Shown here piece by piece: positions 37,862-51,704 of a stretch of DNA of 57,955 nt. The translations under genes and the position numbers were made by a program. This DNA is from Octopus bimaculoides (Eukaryota): the NCBI RefSeq assembly GCF_001194135.2, contig NC_068983.1, forward strand, positions 112,144,850 to 112,202,804, in the 5' to 3' direction. Position 1 is the stretch's first letter; each line of letters opens with the position of its first letter. The notes beneath the pieces are model-generated. The model did not search any database. It was not told where the DNA came from and was given only the letters and a program-made list of their open reading frames with translations.

Positions 37862-38541
37862 AGAGAGAGAGAGAGAGAGAGTGAGAGGGAAAGATAAATA
37901 GACAGACAGACAGACAGACTTGCACACATATTTACACTTACACATACATGCACGCAAACACATTTTAGCCTATGTGCATCTCCTACTTCCTTACCTTCTC
38001 CTGCTAACTGTTTATAAAGTTTATGCTTGTGTTTATTGGTGTGCATGTGTGTGTATATGTGTGTGTGTGAATGTGTGTGTGTGTGTGTGTACATGAGAGA
38101 GAGGGAGAGTGTGGGGGAAGAGCAGGTTTCATGTATTTAGCATCCATTGGCTATCAAGTTTTACCATCTTAACAATCCCCTTATGAATGCTTGTCAATAT
38201 CAATGTTCCTCTATCGACCCCTTCCTTTTCTCTCTCTCTCTTCAGCTGTTTCACTCACACCAGCCCCATACAAACCCATCCTCCTACTTCTAAAATATAG
38301 CCCAACATATCACTAGAGCTTTAGAAGTTATAAGATATGTGTGTGTGGAGCACGTGTTTGTGTATGTGTATATATGTGTATGTATGTGTATATGACAGCA
38401 TGTGTGTGTATGCATGTGTGTGCATATATGCATGTGTATGTGTAGGCATGTGTGTGTATGTAATATATGTGTATGTGTGTGTCTATGTGTATATATGTAT
38501 GCGTATGTGAGGGCACATGTGTGTGTGCATGGCATGTGTGT

Positions 38542-38612
<71 letters not shown>

Positions 38613-39180
38613 TATCTGTGTTTAAAATGAGGTTGGGCTAAAAGAAATAGCTCTAAGTGAGAAGCGGTCAATATTTGAACAACAAAAATGGATAAAACTA
38701 CATTAAAAAATCCTAAAAGATAAATTTTTGATTTATTGAAACTATCTCTAAATGTGTAGAATCCTTGATTTGTGGCAACTGGGACCAACACATGAGAAAT
38801 TGAGATAATCTCAGGAAACAAGTATTCTCCAAAATGCCATTAATGAAAAGTTAGTCTGTTGAGACAGGAAGACAGCTGTGTACATGTTTCAGCCTAAATA
38901 ATTATCATCAGCACAGCAGGTGTACTATCATGACTCCAGCAGACAAAGGGATTAGACATATGCAAAAGAAAAAAGAACATTTATAGTCTACGGAAATTTA
39001 CATAATTAAAACAAAAATGAGCGGAGGGAAATAACTCAGAGTGACCAGTGACATAAGTTTGAAGACAGATATATTCGTGCGTGTGTACATATATACATAT
39101 GCATATATCCATGCACAGACACATATATATATGTGTGTGTGTGTATATATTTACACACATTCTGTCCTCATAGCCTTCCT

Positions 39181-39316
<136 letters not shown>

Positions 39317-39319
39317 CAT

Positions 39320-39755
39320 TGTCACCCTCTAACCTTTCATCCTCTGACAGGAATTCCCCTCCTCAAGTGCCCCTGCCCTTCTCATAATTCTTTGTCATGT
39401 GAGTTACTTGGTGACCCTGCCAGTGCTGGTGCAATATAAAAAGCACCCAAACCACACTGTAAAGTGGTTGACATTTGGAAGGGCATCCAGTCGCAAAACT
39501 AACCTTGCCTGTGCTAGTGCTACATAAAAAGCACTGAGTTCACTCTGCAGACTGGTTGGTGTCAGGAAGGGCATCCAGCTGTAAAAACCCTGCCAAAACA
39601 GACAGAATAGCATAGGGTAGATTTTCTACCTGGCCATCGTACATGCATCATCGTACATGGGTACAATGAACCATCGTACCCATGTATGCATGGAAGATGG
39701 GCATTAAACGACGACGATGACGACGAAGACGATGATGATGATGATGATGATTTGA
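39320..39755 (+). mobile_element. RTE-derived 3' tail with duplicated aggaagggcatccag module
   Basis: Two gaagggcatccag motifs; ends catggaagatgggcattaaacgacgacgatga(GAT)n. Confidence 0.7.
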
Positions 39756-40014
39756 GTCCTTGTTTCTGTTTTCCTCATTTTTTTTCATTTGTTTCTCCCA
39801 TATTTCATTCTTTCTCTCTCTTTCTCTCTCCCTGTGTACATGCACATGCATAGACAACCACTCACACATGCACACATATACATGAAGCAGGGATGATTGA
39901 AATAAAGTAGTGTATGTTTATATTTAGCACACTACTGTACACTCAAATATGGAATGACACTTGCTTCAGTCAAAGTTATGTCAAGGCAAGATATTCTCCC
40001 TATAAGCTGTGTGT

Positions 40015-40420
40015 AAATCATCATCATCATCGTTGTTTAACGTCCGCTTTCCATGCTAGCGTGGGTTGGACAATTTGACTGAGGACTGGTGAACCGGATG
40101 GCTACACCAGGCTCCAATCTGATTTGGCAGAGTTTCTACAGCTGGATGCCCTTCCTAACGCCAACCACTCCGAGAATGTAGTGGGTGCTTTTACGTGCCA
40201 CCGGCACAAAGGCCAGTCAGGCAGTACTGGCAATGGCCACACTCAAAATGGTGTATTTTACGTGCCACCTGCACAGGAGCCAGTTCGGCGGCACTGGCAA
40301 CGATCTCGCTCGAATGTCTTTACATATGCCATCTGGCACAAGTGCCAGGAAGGCGATGCTGGGCACAGGTGCCATTGACGGTTTCGCTTTCGCTTGCCCC
40401 AATAAGTCTTGGCAAGCCCA
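40015..40420 (-). mobile_element. RTE-derived 3' UTR/tail, relatively young (CpG-rich)
   Basis: (CAT)n cgttgtttaacgtccgctttccatgctagc...gctggatgcccttcctaacgccaaccactccgag. Confidence 0.85.
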
Positions 40421-40879
40421 TTGACGGTTTCGCTTAATATTCATCTGAATAATATCATCAGACTCTAAGACACATGTTTCCGAGTAGTTATGCTTTAGCA
40501 GTTACAGGCTCTCATTCACAGCCCAGTAAGGACAGTTGTCCTTATATGTAACAACAAAACAGGCATTTGTTAGTAGTGTGTGTTAGATCTTAATTCCGCC
40601 ATGCCAGGATTAAGTAACTGAAGCACACAAAGCAGTAATGATTGAAATAAAGATGCATACATTTACATTCAGCATGCTCGTGTACAGTCAACTGTGGGAA
40701 AACTTTCACAGCAGTAGTAATTGTCTCAGAAAAGATTATTCTCTTCATTGAGTATATATCTATATATATATATCTATAAGGGGAATATCTTCTGTGATAC
40801 AATTGTTATTGTAGCAAAAGCCTTTCATATTTGAGCAAACACAAGTATGCAACCTAGAAATGTATAGTTTCATATATAT

Positions 40880-41104
40880 ACTTTTATTCTTTTACTTGTT
40901 TCAATCATTTGACTGCAGCCATACTGGAGCACTACCTTAGTCGAACAAATCAACCCCAGGACTTTTTCTTAGTAAGCCTAGTACTTATTCTATCAGTCTC
41001 TTTTGCGAAATTGCTAAGTTATGGGGACGTAAACGCACCAACATTGGTTGTCAAGCAATGGTGGGGGGACAAACACAGACACACAAACACATACTTACGT
41101 GTAA

Positions 41105-41156
<52 letters not shown>

Positions 41157-41313
41157 TTCTTTCAGTTTCTGTCGACCAAATCCTCTCACAAGACTTTGGT
41201 CGTCCCGAGGCTATAGTAGATGACTTTTGCCCAAGGTGCCATGCAGTGAGACTGAACCTGGAACCATGTGGTTGGGAAGCAAGCTTCTTACCACACAGCC
41301 ACTCTTGTGCCTA
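40880..41313 (-). mobile_element. SINE family B, full length with internal (TA)n
   Basis: Reverse complement of the family B head and tail. Confidence 0.9.
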
Positions 41314-41859
41314 TAAATCATTATTACTATTATTGTTATTGTTATTATTAGTTAATAAATTGCATGGTATAGACCTGGTAGTTTACTCGTAAAGCATGTT
41401 CACCTGAGGAGGCAAATCTACACCGATGGATACACCTAAATGAAATGTTCAATATCGCACCTGTGAGGTATCGATGCTAGATGGGAGCTTATTTAAGCTA
41501 AGACTCATGAGCAGCCACCTTCAAATAAACCTGCAGGCATGTGAAAGTGAGAGCTGAAATTTTTTGCTTCTCTGATCTCCATGTTCTGAGACAAGTCACT
41601 TATGAATTTCTCTTTCTCTTGTTGATAACAAGTAACTTATCTAATCATTTTATTCTCTCCCTTCAATTCCTCAGTTTTACCGAAGGAAAATTCAAACGAT
41701 TCTTTTTTTTTTGTTTATAATATTATCATTGCTTTATTGTTATTATTGCTAGGAATATTTGTGAATACGAATTTTCATTAACATTTATTTTCACCTCCTA
41801 GTCAACTTGCTGTAGTTTCTCCTCATCCCAACAGATGCTATGCCAAGGAATATTAGTAT

Positions 41860-42075
41860 GAGTTGGCAGAATCATTAGCACTCTGGGCAAGATGCTTAGA
41901 GGCATTTCGTCCATCTTTATGTTCTGAGTTCATATTCCACCGAAGCTGACATTGCCTTTCATCCTTTCGGGGTCGATAAAATAAGTACCCATTGGACATT
42001 GGGATTGATTCAATTGATTTAGCCCCAACCCTCACTGCATTGCTGGCCTTGTGCCAAAATTTGAAACCATTACTA
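41860..42075 (+). mobile_element. tRNA-derived SINE (family D)
   Basis: gttggcagaatcattagc...tgagttcatattcc...gcctttcatcctttcggggtcgataaaataagtacc...ttgtgccaaaatttgaaacc. Confidence 0.85.
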
Positions 42076-42649
42076 TTCAGTGTCATTGTTATTGTCATTG
42101 GTGTCATTGTCATCGCTGTCGTCATCATCAGTACCATTGTCATCGTCATCATAGTAGTAGTAGTGGTGGTGGTGGTTATGAAGTTTATCTGAATTCTCGT
42201 TTGTCTAAACAGTTTCATAAATTCCCCACTAGATGAATCCACATGTTTGGGAGCTTATTTAAGCTAAGTCACATGAGCAGCCACCAAAGCTATTTCCCCT
42301 TACACTCCCAACTACCCACCGTACTCCACTCTTATTAATGTCAGATATATGCATGCATACATATGTGTGAATATAAAGTGCTTAAAAGAATGTATGTTTG
42401 TGAATGAGTTTGCATGGATATCTTCATAACAATACGTACAGATTTATGCTTTAAGCACATATGATAGCTTACATATATTTATGATTATATATATATAAAC
42501 ATATGCTTTCATGCCTTTGCACATGTATATGCATTTAATTTACATATATGCGTATATGAGAAAGTATTTAAAAGGTACACCTATTTATAATATCACCAGA
42601 AGTTGACTGGTGCCTTATATCTGACCTACCCACACCTGACCCATTCCCC

Positions 42650-44029
42650 TTCGTTTGCTGGGCCTTGCCCCTGAAGACATTTAATGAGATTGGAGGGAGA
42701 CTATAAAAATTGAGTAGCATATACATACACACCTATACCTGCTCTCACTGACATGTGCAAGGATCCACCAACTCAAGGCAAGTGTCCCCAAAAGTACTAT
42801 ATGTCAAATACAATCTCCTGCATGATCTCTCACTCTCTTGAAATCCACAAGCTAATATCGGCCACAATCAAGGTTGGCACTATAAAAAGTAGGTCTAGTG
42901 GGATTGTTGAAATGCTTGAGCAGAGAATTGTAAATGCTTGCAGTGTGCAAGATGCATGATGGTAGGGAGCCTCAATTAGACTGCTTGTGGGTAAGGAAAG
43001 TAGATATAAATTCTTCTGAATAGTGAATAGTGTTGTGGTTGATGATATAAGTATACTTTTAACAGAGAAGTGGGCAAATAAGATGATCGAGATAGTCAGA
43101 GTATGTGATAGGATTATCAAGTTAAGAATGGTCTTCTATAACGTAACAGTGGCATTTATCTCTGCATGCACTCCATATGCTAGACTAGCAAATGAACAGA
43201 ACAACTGTCTCTAAGAGCTCCATCAGTAAATTACCTCAACAATGATGGACAACGACCATAATACTGTAGCTAGCAACTTCAACGGTCATGTTAGGTACAT
43301 TCTACATCCATGAGCCCCCACAATTTTTCTGTTACCTTCCTTCTCCCACCTTGAACTACTACTATTTCCCATTATCATCTTTCACCTTCTGTCTCCACCA
43401 ATCACCTCCTTTCTGTGCCTTCTTTTCCTTACATGGTTGACACCTCACTTTTCTGCTATCATCCTCAATGCCTTTGCAATCTACTGCAACCCCTATCCCT
43501 GCGCCACTCTTATATTTCACTCCATCATGTGCCACAGTCAGTTCTATCCTGTCTATTCACCCAGTGCAAACATCTATATCCTTTCACTTAATCCATCCAA
43601 CCTGTCCCTCAAAGGCATATTCCGACATATCTTTGCCACCATCTCTTTATTAAATGCTCTAATTCACCCTCCTTTCTTTTCCAGCTGGAACCTCCATGTA
43701 TCTGCTCTATGGCAAGAGATCCATCCCTGTCTCTCTATAGCTTTAATCTCTCATCAACTTGCACAATGTCACCCCCATCAATACTACTCACCGCACCAAG
43801 CTGATGGGCTTTTTGTTTTGCAAGGTATTTGGTGAGTGCTGTCAGTGCTGGTGCCATGCAAAATACACTGTTGCTGGTACCATATCAAAAGCATCTACTC
43901 CGCTCCATAAATTGGTTGGAGTTAGAAAGGGCATCCTGTCATAGAAACCATGCCAAAACAACTCCCAGCCCTACCAGCTCCTGTGAAACCAACCATCCAA
44001 CACATGCCAGCAAGGAAAACAGACGTTAA

Positions 44030-44082
<53 letters not shown>

Positions 44083-44100
44083 GATGATGATTATGATGAT
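42650..44100 (+). mobile_element. Internally deleted RTE LINE: endonuclease remnant joined to 3' UTR and (GAT)n tail
   Basis: VGTIKSRSSGIVEMLEQR...CSVQD...EKWANKMIEIVRVCDRIIKLRM...ISACTPY...NFNGHV, then a C/T-rich UTR and aaacagacgttaaa(TGA)n; no RT motifs between. Confidence 0.75.
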
Positions 44101-44187
44101 AACTACGTACACACACACACACACACACACACATATATCAACATACATATAAATACATATATATGTGTGTATGTATACATACATATA

Positions 44188-44228
<41 letters not shown>

Positions 44229-45039
44229 CCACATGCATATACATATATGTGTATGTGTGTATACACACACACTCACACTTGTATGTTATGTAATTGAATA
44301 TATGTGTATAAGCTTGTATACAAACACATGCATGTGCACATAACACACTCACATACACATTCCCTGCTCAGTGATACAAGATGTATGCAATATAAACTCG
44401 TGCATAGTCCAAAGGGAAAATACTTCAAAGACTTCAATACCAAACATTAATCAGTCTGGTATTTGAGAATTCCTGTTTCCAAGAATTCATATTTCTCAAT
44501 ACAGCCTAAGTATTTTGAGCTTTGGTGCTCTAAGCAATCAAGGTACTAGACACAGAAACTTCCTTATTAAAGTCTCTCTCTGCAGCAGAAAGCTTTGTTT
44601 TCAAGCTGTAGAAAATAATACTCATAAATCTAATCTCCACAATAACTTGTGAATGAATATACCTGCTACAAATATTTTTCCTTTAGGAAAATATAAAAAC
44701 AATAGAGAAAAAAGTACAATATTTGAAGATGAGAAGTTCTGTGTTTTGATCAGAAACAGAATGACACAATAACTTAAGCATGAAAATTCTGAGAGGTGAA
44801 AAATCCAAAGTTTAATGTGTGTGATTCAATAAATCAAGTGCCAAATAGATTCTGTCAACTATCTGCCAGAAACTCCCTTGGAATAATAATTCAGTGAAAG
44901 CACTTTATTATGAAACTTCCACCGATGGAGCCTTGTTATTTGTATATATTAACTTTACGTTTTCTTGCTTGCATGGAACAGAAGGAATTTGTGGAGACAA
45001 AAACTCTATAGCTGGATGTCCTGCTTATTGCCAATTCTC

Positions 45040-45220
45040 ACTTATTTCCTATCAGGGTTATAATGGTTTAAAATTTTGGTTTGCAATTTGCCGGGAGAGA
45101 AGAAGCCAGTCACATCAGACTCAGTGCTCAACTGGTACTTATTTTACAGATCCTAAAAGGATGAGAGGCAAGGTTGGCCTTGGCAGATTGAAAAGGCTGA
45201 CTAGATGTTGTTAAGGAAGA
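45040..45220 (-). mobile_element. SINE family D fragment
   Basis: actggtacttattttac.gatcct.aaaggatga.aggcaag is the reverse complement of the family D core. Confidence 0.65.
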
Positions 45221-45374
45221 GTAATATTTCACCGTGACAGGACAATTTTATGTGGAAGACTGGAAATAAAAGCATGATGGTAACATTCATTTACAACTAT
45301 CAAGCAATGTCAAAAATGCGCACTCATACACATATACAGACTTACACACATTTATACTCATGCATACGTGCATT

Positions 45375-45510
45375 TATAATGGGTTTCTTTCAGTTTCTGT
45401 CAACCAAATCTGTTCACATGGCTTTGGTTACCTGAGGTTATTACCCAACTGAACCACAAACCATGTGATTTGAAAATGAACTTCTTAAACATAGAGTTAT
45501 GTATGCACCC
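45375..45510 (-). mobile_element. SINE family B head fragment
   Basis: ttctttcagtttctgtcaaccaaatc...ggctttggt...aaccatgtg. Confidence 0.6.
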
Positions 45511-45798
45511 ATAGGCATAATTAAAATAATTAAGAAATGGACAATGGCTTCAAGAGTTCAAATATCATTTGGATATATTTCTCTCTCATGATGTGTAGTC
45601 AATAAAGAGCGGATTCAATACCTCACTGATTCATGAAATAAATGCATACAGTTACAAAAAGACAATCTTCAGAAGTGCAAATAGTAAACACAAAATGATA
45701 CAGTGCATAAAATGGTGCTCTGGCATAGCCTGAATTTACTTTGGTTTGAACTATCAAATAACCAGGGAACATATACATATATTTATATATATGTGTGT

Positions 45799-45866
<68 letters not shown>

Positions 45867-46043
45867 ATGAATGTATATATACATATATATACACACATGC
45901 ATGCACACACACACATATATATACACACACACACATATACATATATAAATAAATAGAACATATATGCATATATGAATACAAACACACATATATATATTTA
46001 CATACATACATAAGTACATGCATAAACACACACACACGCACAC

Positions 46044-46084
<41 letters not shown>

Positions 46085-46260
46085 TTATTTAATTCAATGA
46101 TTGACTATTTCAGTCATCAATGTTATTAACACAAAGGAGCCATTTTATCAGGAGGAAACTGAAATTTTCAGACACGAAAAAGAGTTGCCACTGCTGATGT
46201 CTTCCCCATCATCACTTAATGTCCATTTTTCCATGTTTGCAGGGGTAAGACCCCAGATCA

Positions 46261-46318
<58 letters not shown>

Positions 46319-46639
46319 TCATCATCATTTCAAGATACAATTTTACAGGTTTGCATGTGTCAGATGAAAGCACATTTGGATAGATTTTCTACAACTGAAT
46401 GTTCTTTCTGTTGCCAACCCTCGCTTGTTTTTAAAGGTTAATAATATTTCTCCAAATTCTTTAAACCTATGCAATATGCAACTCAATGTCCAAAACTGCT
46501 ATGGAAGATTGCAGACAAATGACACTTTTTTCATTTTTTTTTTGTATCAGTGGCAACTTTTGTTTACAATCGTCACACAAAACAAGTATAAATGGAAGGA
46601 AGCACACACACACACAAACACGCACAATTATATACATAT

Positions 46640-46770
46640 GCATTTGGTACTTTTATGGTTTCCATCGGCCATATTCACTCACAAACCTTCAGTAATCCGA
46701 AGATTGTAGAAGTAGACACTTGCCCATGGTGCCAAGCATTGGGGCTAAACATGAAACCATGTTGTTGCCA
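46640..46770 (-). mobile_element. SINE family B head fragment
   Basis: ttcactcacaa...tagaagtagacacttgcccatggtgcca...gaaaccatg. Confidence 0.65.
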
Positions 46771-46800
46771 AAGGAATTTATATATACATACATACATACT

Positions 46801-46834
<34 letters not shown>

Positions 46835-47123
46835 NNNNNNNNNNNNNNNNNNNNNNNNNNNNNNNNNNNNNNNNNNNNNNNNNNNNNNNNNNNNNNNNNN
46901 NNNNNNNNNNNNNNNNNNNNNNNNNNNNNNNNNNNNNNNNNNNNNNNNNNNNNNNNNNNNNNNNNNNNNNNNNNNNNNNNNNNNNNNNNNNNNNNNNNNN
47001 NNNNNNNNNNNNNNNNNNNNNNNNNNNNNNNNNNNNNNNNNNNNNNNNNNNNNNNNNNNNNNNNNNNNNNNNNNNNNNNNNNNNNNNNNNNNNNNNNNNN
47101 NNNNNNNNNNNNNNNNNNNNNNA

Positions 47124-47246
47124 CATGGTTCCAAGTTCAGTCCTACTGCGTGGCACCTTGGTCAAGTGTCTTCTACTATAGCCTCCGCAGACCAAAACCT
47201 TTTGAGTGGATTCGGTAGACAGAAACTGAAAGAAGTCCATCATATG

Positions 47247-47300
<54 letters not shown>

Positions 47301-47450
47301 TATGTGTGCTTGTGTGTGTGTCTGTGTTTGTCCCCCTACCACCACCACCATCGCTTGACAACCAATGTTGGTGTGTTTACGTCCCCGTAAGGGTGGGGCT
47401 TCAGTGTAGCCACAGTCAAATGACTGAAACAAATTAACGAATAAAAGAAT
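47124..47450 (+). mobile_element. SINE family B with internal (TG)n
   Basis: acatggttccaagttcagtcc...cacagtcaaatgactgaaac. Confidence 0.85.
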
Positions 47451-47454
47451 AAGA

Positions 47455-48132
47455 TAATATATGTATGGATATTCTGATAATTAAAGAAAATCAGATAATT
47501 ACAACTGACCTCTGCTACAAGAAAGTAGACACACACCAATCTTTAGATCTTAGATCTTGCCATCCTTTTCATACAAAAAGGAACATATCATTTAATATGG
47601 CAAGGTGCATATGCTCACAAGTCACATATAACATTAGACAAGAGAAATGTCTGGCAGAACTTAATATATTCCTTCAGAAACAAAAATACCCTAACAAGTT
47701 AATTCAACATGCCATAACAGAAGCGAAGGAAATCCTGATCTCTACCATATAGAATATCAGTCAGGCTAGACATAAAAACAGAAATACAAATACGAATATT
47801 CCATTTGTAGTCAACCACAATCCTAGAAACCACAACATCCTACACTCAGCCAAATGATACCTCCCAATTCTATATCAAACACTAAATCTCCAATGAATAA
47901 TTTTGAAAATCACAAATTATCAACAGTTGAAGATAACCACCTAACCTCAAGAGACTTTTAACAAAGTTGAGATACCCATTTGACAAAGAAACGATGCAAG
48001 TAACCAACTGTGGAGACCCCCCATTGTGGGGAATGTGAATTAATGGAGCAAGGGGCAACCAAAAGCTTGGAGAATGGGAAGGAATTAAAAGTGAATGCAA
48101 ACATGAATTACAAAACAAAAAAAACCTCATAA
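47455..48132 (+). mobile_element. Penelope-like element fragment (RT thumb, linker, start of GIY-YIG region)
   Basis: DILIIKENQIITTDLCYKKVDTHQSLDLRSCHPFHTKRNI...YPNKLI...NIPFVV.HNPRN...PPNLKRLLTK...CGDPHCGEC. Confidence 0.85.
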
Positions 48133-48417
48133 TGTATATATATATATATATATANNNNNNNNNNAGACAAGAAAGTAAGTTTTGAATGCAGTTTAGCTGT
48201 GAAAACAGCTGAGAATGATTGAGTATTTATCCTTAGAAGACAGAAACAGTTACCCATAGGTGGCTAGGGAATATCGATCCTCATACCCCTCAGATATTGA
48301 CTGAGTACTCTGTACTATTAAGTTAAGTGGCCCCTGACAACAATTACCAATGTTTTTAATGTTAAGTAATAACTTTTGGGAATATGGAGAATGTTCCCCA
48401 CCACCCACGAATATATA

Positions 48418-49755
48418 TCTATATATATAAAAATGAGACTGTGTGTCTGTCTGTCTGTCTGTCTGTGTGAATCCCTAAAACTCGAGAACTACGCAACCAA
48501 TTTCATTCAAATTTTACAGATGCCTTACTTAGGGTTTTAGTCAAAAAAAAATGTTAACTTCTTCCAGAGTTCGAGCCCACAGCAACATAATATCTCCTAC
48601 ACTATTTAAGTATTACTTGTCAAAAGTGAAACAAAAACACTCATGTCAAATACTTTCACTTTAAAAATGAAACTATTCTACTAACTGAAACAATCACATT
48701 TCGATACTGTAATGACAGATACTTTCAGAGAGAGAGAGAAAGAGAGAAAGAGAGAGAGAGAGAAAGAGAGAAAGAGATGTATATGTATACATATACATGT
48801 ATATGTACACGTATATGCATAGATATATATATATAGATATAGATCTATATGCATACATGTATATGTATACACATGTGTAGATGTATATATATATAGATGT
48901 ACATGTAATATGTACACATATATACATATATATACATGCATACAGATATCTCTACATATNNNNNNNNNNNNNNNNNNNNNNNNNNNNNNNNNNNNNNNNN
49001 NNNNNNNNNNNNNNNNNNNNNNNNNNNNNNNNNNNNNNNNNNNNNNNNNNNNNNNNNNNNNNNNNNNNNNNNNNNNNNNNNNNNNNNNNNNNNNNNNNNN
49101 NNNNNNNNNNNNNNNNNNNNNNNNNNNNNNNNNNNNNNNNNNNNNNNNNNNNNNNNNNNNNNNNNNNNNNNNNNNNNNNNNNNNNNNNNNNNNNNNNNNN
49201 NNNNNNNNNNNNNNNNNNNNNNNNNNNNNNNNNNNNNNNNNNNNNNNNNNNNNNNNNNNNNNNNNNNNNNNNNNNNNNNNNNNNNNNNNNNNNNNNNNNN
49301 NNNNNNNNNNNNNNNNNNNNNNNNNNNNNNNNNNNNNNNNNNNNNNNNNNNNNNNNNNNNNNNNNNNNNNNNNNNNNNNNNNNNNNNNNNNNNNNNNNNN
49401 NNNNNNNNNNNNNNNNNNNNNNNNNNNNNNNNNNNNNNNNNNNNNNNNNNNNNNNNNNNNNNNNNNNNNNNNNNNNNNNNNNNNNNNNNNNNNNNNNNNN
49501 NNNNNNNNNNNNNNNNNNNNNNNNNNNNNNNNNNNNNNNNNNNNNNNNNNNNNNNNNNNTTGATTTCAAGGCCCTCCTAGATGAGAGACTGGCATTCCAC
49601 TTAATGTCTATGTTCCATGCTGGCATGGATTGGAGAGTTATTAATGTAGAAATATGGTATCGTAGCTACTAACAGTTGAGGGTTGCGTAGTCTAGGCGGC
49701 GTTTTTAGATTTCATTATTCTCTTTAACCTGGGCAAAGCCGGGTATTTCTGCTAG
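48418..49755 (+). mobile_element. Non-autonomous Helitron (internal N gap)
   Basis: 5' A|TCTATATATATAAAAATGAG..(CTGT)n..aactacgcaaccaatttcattcaaatttt; 3' acctgggcaaagccgggt hairpin 11 nt from the CTAG|T end; A|T target. Confidence 0.8.
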
Positions 49756-49779
49756 TATTTAATAAAGTTGACTCAGCTT

Positions 49780-50540
49780 CTTATGATTTAAAGTTTCATG
49801 GACACATAAGACATGTCCATTTCATCAGATGGTATTAGACAGAGTGAAAGGATTGAGTCACATTCAAGATGACTCCAAGGGGTTTAGGCTTCTATTAGTC
49901 ACTCTTTCTTACTCTCTCTTTCTCTCCCATCACTATGTCTTAGTTCCCTTATTTTCTCTTTGTCTTCCATTAACCTCTTTTCTATCACCCATTTCCTTCA
50001 GTTCTTTTACCTTATCCTCTCTTTTATCGACCTCTTTGTTATGTTGGTCCTCCTCATCTCAATACATCCTTCAGGTAGTTGTTTTATCACCTGCTTGCTC
50101 TTATCCTCTGCATTTTTTTCTGTTGCTTTCTGCCCTATTACTTTCACACTGTAAGTCTCTTCCCACTCAATTGTGTAGGAAAGAATGAAACAAGTGAAGA
50201 ATACACAAAGAAAGAAGAGAGGAATCTTTTTTATTGTTATCAAAGGGAAAACAACCTCTCTGGTAGTAGTGCTTGTGTGAATAGAAACATTGTAGGAGTG
50301 AGAAAACTTTCTTAATGGAGATAAGATAACCTTTCTTGTACTAGTATCATAAAATGCATCCAGTGTATTCAGCAAAGTGGTCGGTGATGGATAAGATATC
50401 CAAGCATAGAAACCATGCCAAAATGCAATGTATGAGTGAAAATTGGTTCCTGGTCTATCTATAGGTCTAAATAAAAACTGACTTGGATCAAGTCAACTCA
50501 TGCAACCCAAGACATTATGGAAAAGCAGAATCGTTGTCTA
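49780..50540 (+). mobile_element. Degenerate RTE 3' UTR/tail remnant
   Basis: C/T-rich tract followed by aaagtggtcggtga..gata.ccaagcatagaaaccatgccaaa. Confidence 0.4.
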
Positions 50541-51049
50541 AAATAGGTTGGGCAACATTGTTGCATTCATACATTTTATTTTTGCATGGATTCTGCAGCT
50601 GGTTACCCTTGAGATACACCAACCACTTTACTGAGTAAGCTGGATGTATTTTATCAGTTCACTAAATTATATTTTACTATTTCACTGGCACTAAATTGTA
50701 TTTTAGAAAGCTAGTCACATTTCCCATTAGTCACGACCAAAGGATCCTTCCCATCCTCTATTGTATTTACTCATTTGCCAATCACATTATAAAGTGTATT
50801 AGATATATTTTATCGGTGCACCAGCACTAGTGATTTTGTCTTGTACCCAGCAAAACAAAAGTGGTCCTCACCACTGAATGCAGACTCCATTTGGGACAAT
50901 ATTATCAATAGGGTAGCTGAGGCAGAGGAATGTGTGTATGCGCGTGTGTGTGTGTGTGTGTGTGAAGGTACATGGCTTAGTGATTTAGGTGTTGGGCCTG
51001 AAGCATAACGTCATAGATCATGGATTTGTCTTTTGAATGAAGTAATTTG

Positions 51050-51190
51050 ATGTGAACCTAAAGTACTTAATTTCATGCTACTTTAAGGATGAAAGGCAAA
51101 GTCAACCTTGGCAGAATTTGAACTCAAAACATAGGCAGATGAAATGCTGCTAAGTATTTTGTCTGGAATACTTATGATTCTCTCAGGTTG
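51050..51190 (-). mobile_element. SINE family D fragment
   Basis: aaggatgaaaggcaaagtcaaccttggcagaatttgaactc. Confidence 0.7.
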
Positions 51191-51363
51191 CTTCTTTAAA
51201 TGTTAGTAATATTGAACAATTAGTGACATTTTATTTTTGTACTCTTCTATACATGCACAAACAATGCACACACAAACAACACACACACACACTCTCTGTC
51301 TCTCACACACACACAATCATATATATATATATTTATATATATATATATATATATCGTTTGTAG

Positions 51364-51704
51364 AAAACATAAATCCGAAAGAAGAAGCACGCTCTAATAT
51401 GTAGAGCAGTATATATTAAAAATGGGGAAAGCTGGTTTATGGGATTACCTTAGGTTTCCCATCCATAAAGGGTTTAGCTCTATGGTGTATTGTCAGATCC
51501 CTAAAAACCTGTTGGCCCATGACCTCTTAAAAATATTTTTAAGAGGTCATAGACCAACAAGTTATTGGGATCTGATGATATGCCATAAAGCTAAACCTTT
51601 TATGGATGGGAAACGTAAGGTGATCACATAAACTGGCCTTCTCCATTTTTAATATATACTGTTCTACATATTAGAGTGTGCTTCTTCTTTTGGATTTATG
51701 TTTT
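51364..51704. repeat. Loop-less palindrome, arms about 170 bp, set in (TA)n
   Basis: Centre atgacctcttaaaaat|atttttaagaggtcat; arms complementary out to aaaacataaatcc / ggatttatgtttt. Confidence 0.95.

Noticed and set aside
50007-50375. 122-aa minus-strand ORF
   Set aside because: Antisense to a degenerate C/T-rich RTE UTR; no recognisable motif
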